DNA of 64,000 nucleotides from Octopus vulgaris (Eukaryota), in contig OX597828.1 in NCBI GenBank assembly GCA_951406725.2, positions 27,156,001-27,220,000 on the forward strand, read 5' to 3'. The position numbers were made by a program, and so were the translations under genes. Positions 40,038 through 52,960 of this stretch are shown one piece after another. Positions within the stretch are counted from its first letter, which is position 1. Every line of letters starts with the position of its first letter. The notes under the pieces are model-generated. The model saw nothing but the letters and a program-made list of their open reading frames with translations, was not told the origin of the DNA and made no database searches.

Positions 40038-41560
40038 TATATGATGAGCTTTCAGTTTATGTCAATCAATTTCCTCATTAGGCTTCGATCATTCGAGAGC
40101 TTTAACAGAAGAGGCATGTCCAAAGGTCACTGAATTTTTTCCAGTCTTTCATGGAGAAAATGTCTGGCCATTGGAAAATATTACCTTCCCTGGAAACAGG
40201 CACAGGCTGGTGACATAAAAGGCATCTGGCCTAGAAAAAGTCGACATTCATGATGATGATGATGACGGATTATTAGGATGATGGTAGCCTATGGAGACTT
40301 ATTCTGAAGGAGTGTGAACCTCACAAAAATGGGTTAACAAGATGAACTGGTGGAAGTTTTTAGTGTCATAGATACTTCACACATGTCATTGAAACTCACT
40401 TAGCGTAAACTTTACTCTTTCTTTTTTTTTTTTTTTTTTTTTTTTAGAATGAGACTGCAATCATGTTATTGGTGTTTTCTGTCTGTATAAATATTTTTAA
40501 AGAATTTAACAACAAATGGAAAGATTCCTATTCTGAAGGGGCGTATTCATAATTGCTGTAGCTATCTGGAATTGAATGCAAAAAAAAATGAAAAAAATAG
40601 GAAAGAAACATCAGTCAGATGAGGTCTTTAACTGTAGACAAATATGAATTTGTAGAATTGTGTGTGTTCCTGTGTGAGTATGATAAATGAAACATTGATA
40701 GTCTTCTGAAACTGTACGTCTGCCTTTCGGTAATAATTACTCTCTTCTTTCTTTCTTTCTTTCTTTTTTTTGCATATTTTTAGAATGGCATTGTAAGATA
40801 GTTTCTAATATTATCATGCTCTGAATAAATGTTAATTTTCTTGCCCCAAAGCAGCAACTATTCCTGTACTTCTTGTTTGGAATTTGTCCTAGTCTCTGTT
40901 ACTTTGAACACTTTAAAATAAAACCTTGTATCCCCATCCTCCGCACCCACCCCTGTGTTATTAATTGCATTTCATCAAACATTTTACTTTTCTTTGTTTG
41001 ACCACATGGAATTCATAATTAATATAATAAATGGTATTTATGAATATTGTTTCAGAGATTAATGTCCCCAGTGATGCTCATTAATTATATTTAAAAAGCA
41101 AACCCCGGGTTTAAACCAAAACACCCTCTGCATATACATGCACACATTACAGACTGGAAAAATCAGTTCACAAGACAAAATTTCTAAAATTTTCCTGAGG
41201 AAGGGGTTGTAACCCCAAAATACCCAAAAGTACAAACCATCAACTAACATTGTTTTGGCTTTAAAAAAAAAAATTAGAAATATTCATCTCTATTAGATAA
41301 TGCTCCATGCAAACTATGTTACCCATATATATATATATATATATATATATATGGGGGGTGTATGGCCTAGTGGGTAGGCAGTTGCACTTACAATCTTGAG
41401 GTCATGACTTCAATTTGTAGACCAAATGGTGCATTGTGATCTTGAGCAAGAGACTTGATCTCATATTGCTCTGCAATCATTTAGACACCTGATGTGTGGT
41501 ACATCATGTTCCTTTTTTGAGACAACCTTGATTTGATGGAAGGGGATGATCTAATGTACA

Positions 41561-42017
41561 ACACATAAAAGGGCACCATTCGAGTGTGATCGTTACCTGC
41601 GTGACCTTACTGGCACTTGTGTCCGTGCTAGTAGGGTGCCAAGAGTACTATCCGAACATGATCGTTGCCAGAGCAACTAACTGGCTTCTGTGCCAGTGGC
41701 ACGTAGAAGGGCACCATTCGAGCGTGATCGTTACCAACGTCGCCTTACTGGCACCTGTGCCGGTGGCATGTGTAAAAAGATTCAAGTGAGGTCATTGCCA
41801 CTACCACCTGACTAGCCCCGTGCCGGTGGCACGTAAAAAGCACCCACTATACTCTCGGAGTGGTTGGCTGTAGGAAGGGCATCCAGCTGTAGAAACTCTA
41901 CCAGATCAAGATTGGGGCCTGGTGCAGCCATCTGGTTCACCAGCCCTCAGTCAAAATCGTCCAACTCATGCTAGCATGGAAAGCGGACGTTAAACAATGA
42001 TGATGATGATGATGATA
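41561..42017 (+). mobile_element. Family C copy with about 5 tandem 3' UTR units, nested in a family G SINE
   Basis: Repeated GTGCCRGTGGCAC..AAAAG(G)GCACC..GAGCGTGATCGTT..ACTGGC units; SINE G head at 41354 and its continuation after 42017. Confidence 0.82.
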
Positions 42018-42554
42018 CACTTGATCACTATAAACAGAATCATTTGTTCACGTTGTTCAGCAAGTAATTGCAGAACCGTTTTTCTTTTACTGCAGGCGAC
42101 TACCATAATATATTCTACTCATTTCAGTCATTTGACTGCAGCCATACTTGAACTCCACCTTTTAGGACCGTAGTTGAAAGCCTCACTCTCAGAACTTATT
42201 TTTTTTAAAGCCTTCTACTTATTGTATTGGTCTCTTTTGCCAAACAACTGAGTTACAGAGATGTGAACAAACCAACACTGGTTGTCAAGTGGTGGTGAGG
42301 AGTAGACACAAAGACATGCACATAAAGATATACAAACTCACACGCAAATGGGCTTCTTTCAGTTTCTGTCTAGCAAATTCACTCATAATTCTTTGGTTGA
42401 CCTGGGGCTTTCAGTAGATGACGCTTGCGGTTGCTCTAGGCATCACACATTGGGACTGATCCCGGAACCATGTGATTTAAAAGCAATCATCTTTACCGCA
42501 CTATAAGGTCACACTTCTGTCTCTACAGTCTTGTTGTTGTTGTTGTTATTGCTG

Positions 42555-42785
42555 CAGTGAGCTGGCAGAATGGTTAGCACACCAGGCAGAATGCTTAGCA
42601 GTATTTCATTTCATCTGCAGCTACATTCTGAGTTCAAACTCCGCCGAGGTCGAGTTCAGCTTTGTTTCTCTTGCGGTTGATAAATTAAGTACCAGTCACG
42701 TACTGAGGTCAATGTAATCTATTATCTCCCTCCCCATAAATTCCAGGCCTTGTGCCTATAATAGAAAAGATTATGATTATTATTA
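42555..42785 (+). mobile_element. SINE family A, tail 1
   Basis: GAGCTGGCAGAATGGTTAGCAC head, B-box, core and tail; preceded by a minus-strand family B copy (about 42115-42500). Confidence 0.85.
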
Positions 42786-43408
42786 TCAATCTCAGCCAGA
42801 GACTGTGGCCATGTAAATGCTTGCTTCTTTCAAACCCAATTCCTTGCCCTGTCTGCAGAATTGGTTCTTGTGAAGCAATGAGTTGGACTGAACTACCCTT
42901 CTCTGCATTTCTTGCACAGTGTGGCTTCTGTATATTTAATATTTGCACTCAGCGAAATAATGAATTCAAAATTAATGAATAAATGAACCTATAATAACAA
43001 TGTGAATTAGTTTCCTCTCAAATATGTATAGAATGATTTTATGTATTTATTATTTTGTTAGATATTTTAAAGATTGTTTTTTTTTTTTTCTTCAACATTA
43101 TTAAACTTTCCACCAGTTTTTGGCTTAAAAATGCAGTGAGAGTTTTCTAGATGTCTTTTGAAAGGAGTCTGAAAGTAAAAAAAAATGATGCAACAAATAC
43201 ATCGAAGCACATTGTATTAAATGAGAAAAATAAAATGGAAAAAAGTATCAGAAAAAAATGAGAGATGCAATGCTAAGCATCCGAAAGAATATGTATTTCA
43301 CATACACATGAACACACACACATACATATATACATATATATCTATACATACACACACACACACACACATATAAATGTAAATGCGTGTACCTATGTACTTA
43401 TGTGTGTG

Positions 43409-43453
<45 letters not shown>

Positions 43454-43810
43454 ATATATATATGATTGTTTGTGTGTGTTTTCCTCTGTCTACACATACA
43501 GCTTATGTACCCTTACATATGAACTTTTTTTTTGAATGATTATATACACAGTCATACTCATTTTTATAAACTATCACATGCACGTACACACACACGCACA
43601 CACACAAGCATGTACGTTTCTTTGTATGTTTATATAAATATATAAAAAATATATCTATCTATCTATATATACACATATATATATATGTATGTATGTATTC
43701 CCACATGTTTTTGTTTAATTTATAATGTGAAGAACATTAGAGCATAGAAGTCTTCATGAGTTTCTGTTATTTTTTTTAGTTTGGAAGCTAAAATACCAAA
43801 AAAAAAAAAA

Positions 43811-43841
<31 letters not shown>

Positions 43842-44141
43842 GTAAATAATAATTAAATCTTGACAAAAATCTAGGCAAAAACTAAAATACCCATACTAAT
43901 AAACAACGAAACCTACACAAACACCAACAGAATGAAAACAAGGAAGTTATTTGTATTTGGAACAAGACTGAAGCAGGTGGGTTACTTTCATTAATTGGCA
44001 GAGGATAAGTGAAGCTGATACGTGCAATTTCCAAGAAAATGTAAAAGAAAGAGGAATTAAAAAACACATATGCCATGAACAAAAAATAAAAAAAAGACAT
44101 GGCTTAGAATGTAAAGTAGTTTTTAAAAGAATGTTGTGAGA

Positions 44142-44590
<449 letters not shown>

Positions 44591-45949
44591 CACATAAATA
44601 TATTTTTATATGTGGAAGTGTATATATATATATATATGTGTGTGTGTGTATGTATTTACATATATATGCACACAGACACACTTACACACACCCAGATATG
44701 CACACACACACACACATGAAACTATGTCTCAGTTTCTCTTTTATGTGTATACTGGATTTTCTCTCTATTTCAGCAAATAGCTGATGTTCATAGATTCACC
44801 TCCGCCTCAATCTTCTGCAGTGTTTGTTAGTTTATCTGTTGGTTCTCACCTGGAAATTACACTGGTTCTCTTGAAGTTTCTTTCATTCTTCATTGTTGTT
44901 CAGTAAGTATGTCATCTCGGCAGTATTCTAGGCCAGTAGGCAAATACTGTTTGAAATGGCAGATGGAGGGAAGAAATGTAGTAGAACCGGTCTCCTTATT
45001 TCCTTTGGTTCCAGATGTACAAATTATATTGTCAATTTAATTTTTGTTTTACTTTGGAAATTATTTTTTTTCTAAGAAATAATATAAAAACAATTTGTTT
45101 ATAATTTGTTATTTTCATACTGTTGTTGCTGTTTTTTAACTCCAAGTTATAATTCATTGGCAGACTTGTGAGCAAATCCATTACAGCAATAACAAATCTT
45201 CACGTTCATTGAAACCATTCTTCTTCTATTCTGTTACGTGTTTCAATCATTGGACTGCAGCCCTTCTGGGGCTCTGCTTTGGAGGGCATAGTCAAGAAAA
45301 TCAGCTTCGGTTCTTCTTTTTTTTTAATAAGTCTAGTTCTAACACTCTCTATTGCCAAAACCACTAAGTTTCAGGGATGTAAACAAAACAACACCAACTG
45401 TCAAGCAGTGAGGGTTCAAACAGACATACATCTTAAAGCTATGAGATAATGCAGGATTAATTCAAGACAAGGTGAATAAATAAGCATTACATTTGACAGA
45501 GTAATCTGAACACCAAAGGATTAAGGGTCAAACAGAGACAAAAAATGAAAAATACTTACAGGGTTATGGAAAACACCTAGGACTAGGGGTAAGACAGAAA
45601 AGATACAGGTGGGGTGTCATAAGGGAAAAGAAAGAGAGGGAGAGAGAGAGAAGGAAGGTGAAAATGCCAAGCTAAGATTCTTGGGTGAGAAAGTAATATG
45701 CTAAAAATATAATGAGGATTAAAGTCTGAGAGAGTTTGTGGGGAAGTAGGGCCAGGAAAGTTAGGATTGGGGTCAGTTTAAGCAAGATATATATATATAG
45801 AGAGAGAGAGTGGGAAATTGAAGTATCAAAGGAATTGGACAAGGGAATAATTTGTTTTTTCAAATGCTCTGGCAATCCCATTAATTCTCTGCCGACCCTG
45901 GACAATGATAAGCTTTATGTTTATCATTGTCAAAAGGATGTAAGAAAAC

Positions 45950-46576
45950 GTTGATCCCCAGCTGGATTTGAACTTGGGATATCAAGAACCAGAACAAATA
46001 TACCATGGGACATATTGTCCAATGTTCTAATGATTCTGCCAATTCCTTGCCCTACTACTGCTGCTGCTGCTGAATCATTAGTGCATTGGACAAAATGCCT
46101 AGTGGTATTTCTTCCAAGTCACTACACCCTGAGTTTGGATTCCATCAGCGTAATCTTTGTCTTTCATTCTTCCAAGGTCAGTAAAATAAGTGCCAGTCAA
46201 GGACTGGAGTCAATGTAATGGTCTTGGCCCCCTCCCCTCGAAATTTCTGGGTCTTGTGCCAAAATTAGAAAGAATTATTGCTAGTCTTAACTACTAATGA
46301 TGGTGGTAATAGCAGTGATGTTTATGGTAGTGGTGATGATGATGATAATTGCATACATGTCCTTCTTTCTCTCTTTCTCTCTTTCTTCTCTGCATCACCA
46401 GACAGCAGTCAACTTCGTCATACATATTTTCTATAAAAGCGAAACTGCATTTCCATAGAATACACCGTGCACTAGCTGTTCAACTTGATTCTAGCTCTAA
46501 TTGGATTGCACCCAAAAATATACCTTCCATACAGTTTGAACTAATAACCTCTTCCTTCTTCTCCTCCTCCTCCTCC

Positions 46577-46622
<46 letters not shown>

Positions 46623-47810
46623 TATTATTATTATTCTCTTGTCTTTCATTTGTGTGTTCTTCTCGTTCCTATGATTATTTCTTCATTGTACAGAATGAAA
46701 TAAAGATTGGCTTTTGTGGTTTCTTTTTTTCTTCTTTTTTTTTTTCTTTTTCTTCAAACTAATTGTCAAGCTTTAACAAAAAAAAAGCCTGATACAGAAA
46801 AAGATGTACCTTTCTAAAAATATGAGGTTTTCCATGGCGAGAATTATTTTTGTTTTTTGAACTCACACACAGTCTTTCTTGGTATCCGACTGTTTCAGAT
46901 GGTTATGATAATTTTTCAAGGTAGAAACAATCATCATCATCATCATCATCATCGTTATCGTCATTTGCATGTCAGACAGAAATACTTAGCAGCGTTTCTT
47001 CCACTTCTTTTCCTTTTGAAATCAAATGCTTCTAAGATCAACTTTGCCTTTCATCCTTTCAGCATGGACAAAATACGTACCAGTTGTGTACTGGGTCAAT
47101 GTGATTAACCTCCTCTGTCTGTCTCACTCTTGTAAATATTGCTGACCTTGTGCCAAAATTAGAAATAATTGCTTTCATTATTATTGTTACTATTTAAGGC
47201 AGAAATTTTGCCCATAGCTACATTGTGAGTTCAAATTCCACTCAGGTTGACTTTGCCTTTCATCCTTTCTGGGTCGATACATTAACCCTTTTGTTACTGT
47301 ATTTATTTTGAGATGCTCTGTGTTTCTTTCAAGTACTTTAAGTATAACAAAGAATTTAGTAAAATAACTTAGTTATCATTAAGCTTGTGTTAGGAACATA
47401 AATTGTGACTAAGGTTTGGTGGAAGATTTTAATTCCAAACTTATGAAAACAAGACATTTGTACTCAGAGCCAGAGCCGGTTTCAGCCAGATTGGTAACAA
47501 AAAGGGTTAAGTATCAGTGAAACATTGAGGTCAATGTAATCGACTTGTCCCCTCTCACCAAATTCCAAGCCCTGTGCTTTTAGTAGAAAGGTTTATTTAA
47601 GGCAGTGAGTTGCAGAATTATTAACAAGTTGGAGAAGATGTCTTGTGGCATTTCTTCTGCTTCATATTACATTCTCATCTCAAACCCTTCTGGGGTCAGT
47701 TTTTGCCTTTCATCCTATCAAAGTCAATAAAAAAAAAAAAAAGTACCAGTCAAGAACCGATGTCAATCCAGTTGACTTGGCCCCTCCCGCCAAAATTACT
47801 ATTCTTGCCA
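45950..47810. mobile_element. Cluster of family A SINEs (one minus-strand head fragment, four plus-strand copies)
   Basis: Core motifs at about 46150, 47040, 47250 and 47700; minus-strand head at 45950-46045. Confidence 0.75.
47286..47506. mobile_element. MITE M1 inserted at the TTAA of a SINE A core
   Basis: GGGTCGATACA-TTAA-CCCTTTTGTTAC...GTAACAAAAAGGG-TTAA-GTATCAG; same 221-bp length as 9775-9995. Confidence 0.92.
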
Positions 47811-48071
47811 AACAATGATGATTAAAAAACAAAAATGCTTTTATTTTTTCTTTTAAATGTCGAAATGTCAGAAATGAGTTGTTGTTGTTGTTATTAATAA
47901 GATTATAATTATTGATTTTTTTCTTTTTATAATTAATCTCATCTTTAGAATTACTTTTCAGTATTTTACATCTATTTTATTACTTTTAAGTTGTTCAATG
48001 GTGACTGGATATCAAACCAATTGAAACACTGATGTAAATATTGAGGCTTTCAAGATGGGGTTTACTTGTCA

Positions 48072-48120
<49 letters not shown>

Positions 48121-48126
<6 letters not shown>

Positions 48127-48962
48127 GCAATGGGTAAATTGTCGCCATTTTATATTTTTTATTTCGTGTATGCGCATTGTTTGTTTTTGATTTTGTTCAC
48201 TACACAGTATAGTAGGCTCAGTTGGGTACCATCTGTGAGAAAAACAGTACCATGATGCAATTCGCTTTGCGAAGAATTTGGAAACGATATGCTGTACTGC
48301 TTGGCATTCACACCAGTGTGTGCGGATGTCAATCTGAGGTCATGTACCAAGAGTGATAAAAAGCAAACATCCAGTCAACATCATAGAGTTTGGTGTAATC
48401 ACTAGCGATGGTGATGTTATGCCTCCATTCATCTTCCCACATGGCCTCAGACTAAACATGGAGTTCTACATCAAGTGCCTGGAGGAGTTTGCCCTTGGTG
48501 AAGAGGGTGTCTGCTGGAAGACCTTATGTCTGACTACAAGCACACAAGCAGGAAAACTGAGTCATGGCTGTCAGACAATTTCTGCAACCACATCACACCT
48601 GAAATCAAATCTGGCTACCTAACTCCCCAGACTGCAATCCCCTTGATTATTATGTATGAGGCACAGTTGAACAAAAGACCAACAAAACTCCTTGTAACAC
48701 CAAAGATGAACTGAAGGCAAGCATTATGGCAGCATTCACCAACTTAAACAAGGATACCATCCAGAAGAGTTGCAGGAAATTCCAAAGTCGTCTGGGGGCC
48801 ATGGTTGAAGCCAATGGCAGTCTTATTGTTATTGAATAAATTTACTCTTTAGTATTTCAAGATATTTTTATGAAATTCTGGTAACTATATCTGTTAAAAC
48901 TAGATATCAGTGTTATTTTCATTTTAGCATAATTTAGGCACCAATATATTCACTGCATCCTG
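48121..48962 (+). mobile_element. Non-autonomous DD37D (maT-type) Tc1/mariner element with both ends
   Basis: Imperfect TIRs TAGGGTGCAATGGGTAAATTG / CAATATATTCACTGCATCCTG in TA context; decayed transposase KSKHPVNIIEFGVITSDGDVMPPFIF..YIKCLEE and WLPNSPDCNPLDYY. A composite with 1350-1720 gives 37 residues between the last two acidic sites. Confidence 0.88.
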
Positions 48963-49162
48963 TATATATAAATGGTATTTTCCTGTTTCATTATCAAGCA
49001 ATACCATCTGCATTTTCTCATCCTTCCTGTTTGTGCTTTGAAAATTTCCAAATACAAATACAACACTGATTCTTGGGAACCATTGGTTCCAAAGCCTTTT
49101 CTGATTGCTGATGTTTCTAAACCAGGTGTGATCACTTTGGCTAACATACTAAAAATTCAACA

Positions 49163-49564
49163 AGGAATGACTGTGTGGTAAGTAGCTTGCTAACCAACCA
49201 CATGATTCCGGGTTCAGTCCCACTGTGTGGCATCTTGGGAAAGTTTCTTCTGCTATAGCCCTGGGCCAACCAATGCCTTGTGAGTGGATTTGGTAGACGG
49301 AAACTGAAAGAAGCCTGTCGTATAGATGTATGTATGTGTGTGTTTGTGTGTCTGTGTTTGTCCCCCTAGCATCGCTTGACAACTGATGCTGGTGTATTTA
49401 CGTCCCCGTCACATAGCGGTTCAGCAAAAGAGACCGATAGAATAAGTCCTGGGCTTACAAAGAATAAGTCCCGGGGTCGATTTGCTCGACTAAAGGCGGT
49501 GCTCCAGCATGGCTGCTGTCAAATGACTGAAACAAGTAAAAGAGTAATAGAGTAAAAGAGTAAA
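49163..49564 (+). mobile_element. Full-length SINE family B
   Basis: A-box-like TGACTGTGTGGTAAG, B-box GGTTCAGTCC, CORE-like GGCATCTTGGGAAAG, tail GAAACAAGTAAAAGAGTAA repeats. Confidence 0.9.
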
Positions 49565-49861
49565 TACTAAATTTACTTAAATAATTAGATGAAATGCAAG
49601 CATTTGAGTACATTAATGCAGATTGTTCTGAAAAAGCATGTCTGGTGACGGGGAAAATGTTAACCTTGCCTGAAAACAGATGAGGTTAGTGACAGAAAGG
49701 GCATTTGGGTGTGAATAATCTGCCTCAGTGAACTTTCTCCGACCCATTCAAGCATGGAGACATAGATCTTAAAATAATGATGATAAAAATCAAGAAGGTA
49801 CCATACCATTCTTTGCTTTCTTTCCTCAAAGACAACATTGGTTTCATTTCCGGATGATAAA

Positions 49862-50020
49862 TACCTATTTCTTTATTGTCCACAAGGGGCTAAACACAAG
49901 TACAGACAAACGGATTACGTCGATTACATCAACCCCAGTGCGTCACTGGTACTTAATTTATCAACCCCGAAAGGATGAAAGGCAAAGTCAACCTCGGTGA
50001 AATTTGAACTCAGAGGTCGA
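49862..50020 (-). mobile_element. SINE family A, tail 2, 5'-truncated
   Basis: Reverse complement of about 7040-7208; another tail-2 copy at 51445-51670(-). Confidence 0.85.
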
Positions 50021-50518
50021 CTTTGATGATAAATATCTTTAAATGAATTTGCACTGAATCCTCTATCCAAAGCTGCTGGTAGAAACCTCTTTGTTTCTGT
50101 CACCAAATACCTTTTGCACTTCTGGCTATGTCCATCTTCATTTCCATTGTTTGTTTTCCTAAAACTATCTGTACGTAAAATAACTTCATTTTATCATTAA
50201 TTGCTCACTTTCTGTTTATACTTCATACAAATTCTTCATTTTCAATATTGTTTCTGTCTACAAAAGCAGCAGATATTCAATATTTCACCATCTGCAAGTT
50301 TGTAAGTTTAGATTTCATCTTTCAATAAACAATCTCTTGTTAGTCATCCTCTTTTCTCCAGTTTCTGTGGTCGCTTGTTTGATGTATGGCATTGAATCAC
50401 AGTTGAAGGCTGCTATATTTTGTAATAGTATCTGTCTTGCAGTTCTATATTTAAGAGATGAGGAATTATGTACATTATTTACCTTTGGCGGATATTTGTT
50501 CTCATCTTGTTTGTTGTT

Positions 50519-50564
50519 AACACTACGTTTCGGATGATATACCCTCCAGCCTTCTTCAGGTGTC
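50519..50564 (-). ncRNA. Minimal type I hammerhead ribozyme motif
   Basis: GACAC CUGAAGA A GGCUG-GAGGGUAUAU-CAUCC GAAAC GUA GUGUU: canonical core, stem I 5 bp, stem II with one mismatch, loopless palindromic stem III. Confidence 0.8.
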
Positions 50565-50610
50565 TTGAGGAATTTCGAACATGAGTTCTTGTTCCTAAGG
50601 TATTTTTCAA

Positions 50611-50651
<41 letters not shown>

Positions 50652-50801
50652 TCACTGCTTGGAATCGAACTCGGAATCTTGGTGTAGTGGTTAAGAGTGC
50701 AGGCTACTAACCCCAAGATTCCGAGTTCGATTCCAAGCAGTGACCTAAATAATAATAATAATAATAACATGAAAAAATACCTTAGGAATGAGGGACCCCA
50801 A

Positions 50802-50847
50802 GACACCTGAAGAACTATGAAGGGTACATCAGCCGAAACGTTGTGTT
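50802..50847 (+). ncRNA. Minimal type I hammerhead ribozyme motif, stem II 5' arm decayed
   Basis: GACAC CUGAAGA ... CAGCC GAAAC GUU GUGUU. Confidence 0.65.
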
Positions 50848-52329
50848 AACAACAAACAAGATGAGGACAAATATCCATCAAATGTAAATAATATAAATAA
50901 AGTATCTGTCTTGGACTAATTTAGCATATTGAAACTTGTTTAATGCCTGTCCATTAATGTCAACAATACGCAAACAAAATACAGAACAACAAGTATCAAG
51001 ACAGATGTACAAGCAAATCTCTATTGTGGTGGTGGTGGTGGTGGCGGCGGCGGCGGCTACAGTGGTGAGTTAGTGATTTAACAACTAAATCACTCACTCA
51101 GCAAATTCCCTAAAATTTACAACGTTTGAATAATATATTAAGAATAGAAAGCCAAATAATAAAAGTGAAATTGTTATTGATGATCAAATACCTTTATGAC
51201 ATAGGGGAATATTGGAGCAGGCAAGAAATGTATTTCTTTGCAATATTTATAAAGCTGTTTTTATCTAAAGAGTCCATCATTCAAATATAAATCCTAGACT
51301 TGGTAATACAGTGATAGTCTGCATTGACAAGTATTTCTGTAGAATATTTATCAAACTATTTCTTTATCATCATCATCATCATCTGATTACACTTGCTCAA
51401 ACAGACTCTTTTGATGGCTTATAGTGGTCACTATGTTCACAGGCATTTATTTCTTTATTGCCCACAGGGGGCTAAATAAGGACAAAGAGATTAAGACGAT
51501 TACATTGACCCCAGTGCATAACTGCTACTTATTTAATTGATGAAATAATTATTTAAGGATGAAAGGCAAAGTTGACCTCGGCAGAATTTGAACTCAGAAT
51601 GTAACAACAGACGAAATACCACTAAACATTTTGCCAAGCATGCTAATGATTCTGCCAGTCCGGCGCCCTTTGCAGTTATGCACTTTGAGGGCTTGATGTT
51701 CCTGATCATTGGTGTGTGTGTGTGTGTGTACGTGCGCGCATGTGTAAGAGAAAGTGAGTTGCTTCGATGTTACTGTAGGACTTTCAGAGATGGTTACCCT
51801 GTTTCCATGGGCTACAAGTGACCAACATCACACCTTCACCCCTGGAATGGAATCTCTGTCCATTGCCTCATTGCTCATTTACAACTGAGTAAACTGGAGC
51901 AATAGGGAATAAAGTGTCTTGCTCAAGAACGCAATGCACCACACCTTCTGGGAATTGAAACCCTAATCTTGCAATTGTAAGTGCAGCACCCTAACCACTA
52001 GGACATGCCCCTTCACCGGTCGTTAACCTCTTGCATAAATTCCTCCACCCAACAGTGTAGGTGTGTTACCATTAATCAGTGTATAACACTTTTGCTCAGA
52101 TTGCACAAGCACCAATGCTCTTTCCCATGGTTTTACCTGTAACCATTGTCTGGGATAGGATCAGCAGAGAGAATTTCTTACCCAACAGATCCTCAAATGG
52201 CAGGAAAGAGGAACAGGCTTAGCAATAAACCATCCTGGGTCTCACATGGGTTGCATTTTGGTAAGGCTCATATCGATATATCTACATATATTTATATTTT
52301 GAGTTGCACTTTTCCTGTTTGCATCAACT

Positions 52330-52368
<39 letters not shown>

Positions 52369-52744
52369 GGCATGTAAAAAGCACCCACTACACTCACAGA
52401 GTGGTTGGCGTTAGGAAGGGCATCCAGCTGTTGAAGCACCGCCAGATCAGACTGGAGCCTGGTGCAGCCTCCTGGCTTCCCAGACTCCGGTCAAACCATC
52501 CAACCCATGCTAGCATGGAAAACACGTTAAACCATGATGATATATATATATATATATAAATATAACTACGAATCTAATTTTGGTGCAATGCCTGTGATTT
52601 TACTGTGTACCTGGACACCTTCAGGTAAAGGGATTCTAGACCATATGTATATTTATATATATGCTCTAAAACCCCTTTACCTTAAGGCATGCAGGTACAC
52701 ATCAATTGTTGGATCATATTAGTGCAATAATATATATATATGTA

Positions 52745-52960
52745 AGATGGCAAGCTGGCAGAAATGTTAACATGTTGGGCGAAATGCTTAGTGGTATTTC
52801 GTCTGTCTTTACATTCTGAGTTCAAATTCCGCCGAGGTCAACTTTGCCTTTTATCCTCTCGGGGTCAATAAATTAAGTACCAGTTGCGTACTGGGGTCAA
52901 TGTGATGGAATGGCCCCCTCCCCCAAAATTTCAGGCCTTGTGCCAAGAGTAAAAAGGCAT
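52745..52960 (+). mobile_element. SINE family A, tail 1, near full length
   Basis: Head, GAGTTCAAATTCCGCCGAGGTC, core and tail all clear. Confidence 0.9.

Larger units (their letters stand above)
50440..50900. mobile_element. Family H1: inverted dimer of a tRNA-headed, hammerhead-containing retroelement
   Basis: Arms 50467-50682 and 50713-50900 are inverted; 13-bp direct repeat AGTATCTGTCTTG at 50427-50439 and 50901-50913; tRNA-like head at 50681-50745. Confidence 0.88.

Noticed and set aside
41561-41850. CRISPR-like array
   Set aside because: The spacers are homologous to each other, there are no cas genes, and the context is a eukaryotic retroelement UTR. The 57540-58940 array is rejected as CRISPR too, since its spacers are microsatellite.
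41815-41900. Twister or HDV-like ribozyme upstream of GGAAGGGCATCC
   Set aside because: I could not place the conserved catalytic motifs by eye; an Infernal search would be needed.
46425-46445. TATA-box promoter (TATAAAAG)
   Set aside because: Isolated motif in AT-rich DNA with no downstream gene evidence.
48353-48714. Active transposase gene
   Set aside because: Frameshifts, a stop codon and a large N-terminal deletion; relic only.
50681-50745. Functional tRNA gene
   Set aside because: Acceptor stem incomplete and embedded in a repeat; it is an element head. The same applies to the heads at 37834 and 49163.
50315-50806. 163-aa ORF
   Set aside because: Read-through of the palindromic H1 element and its (TAA)n tracts.
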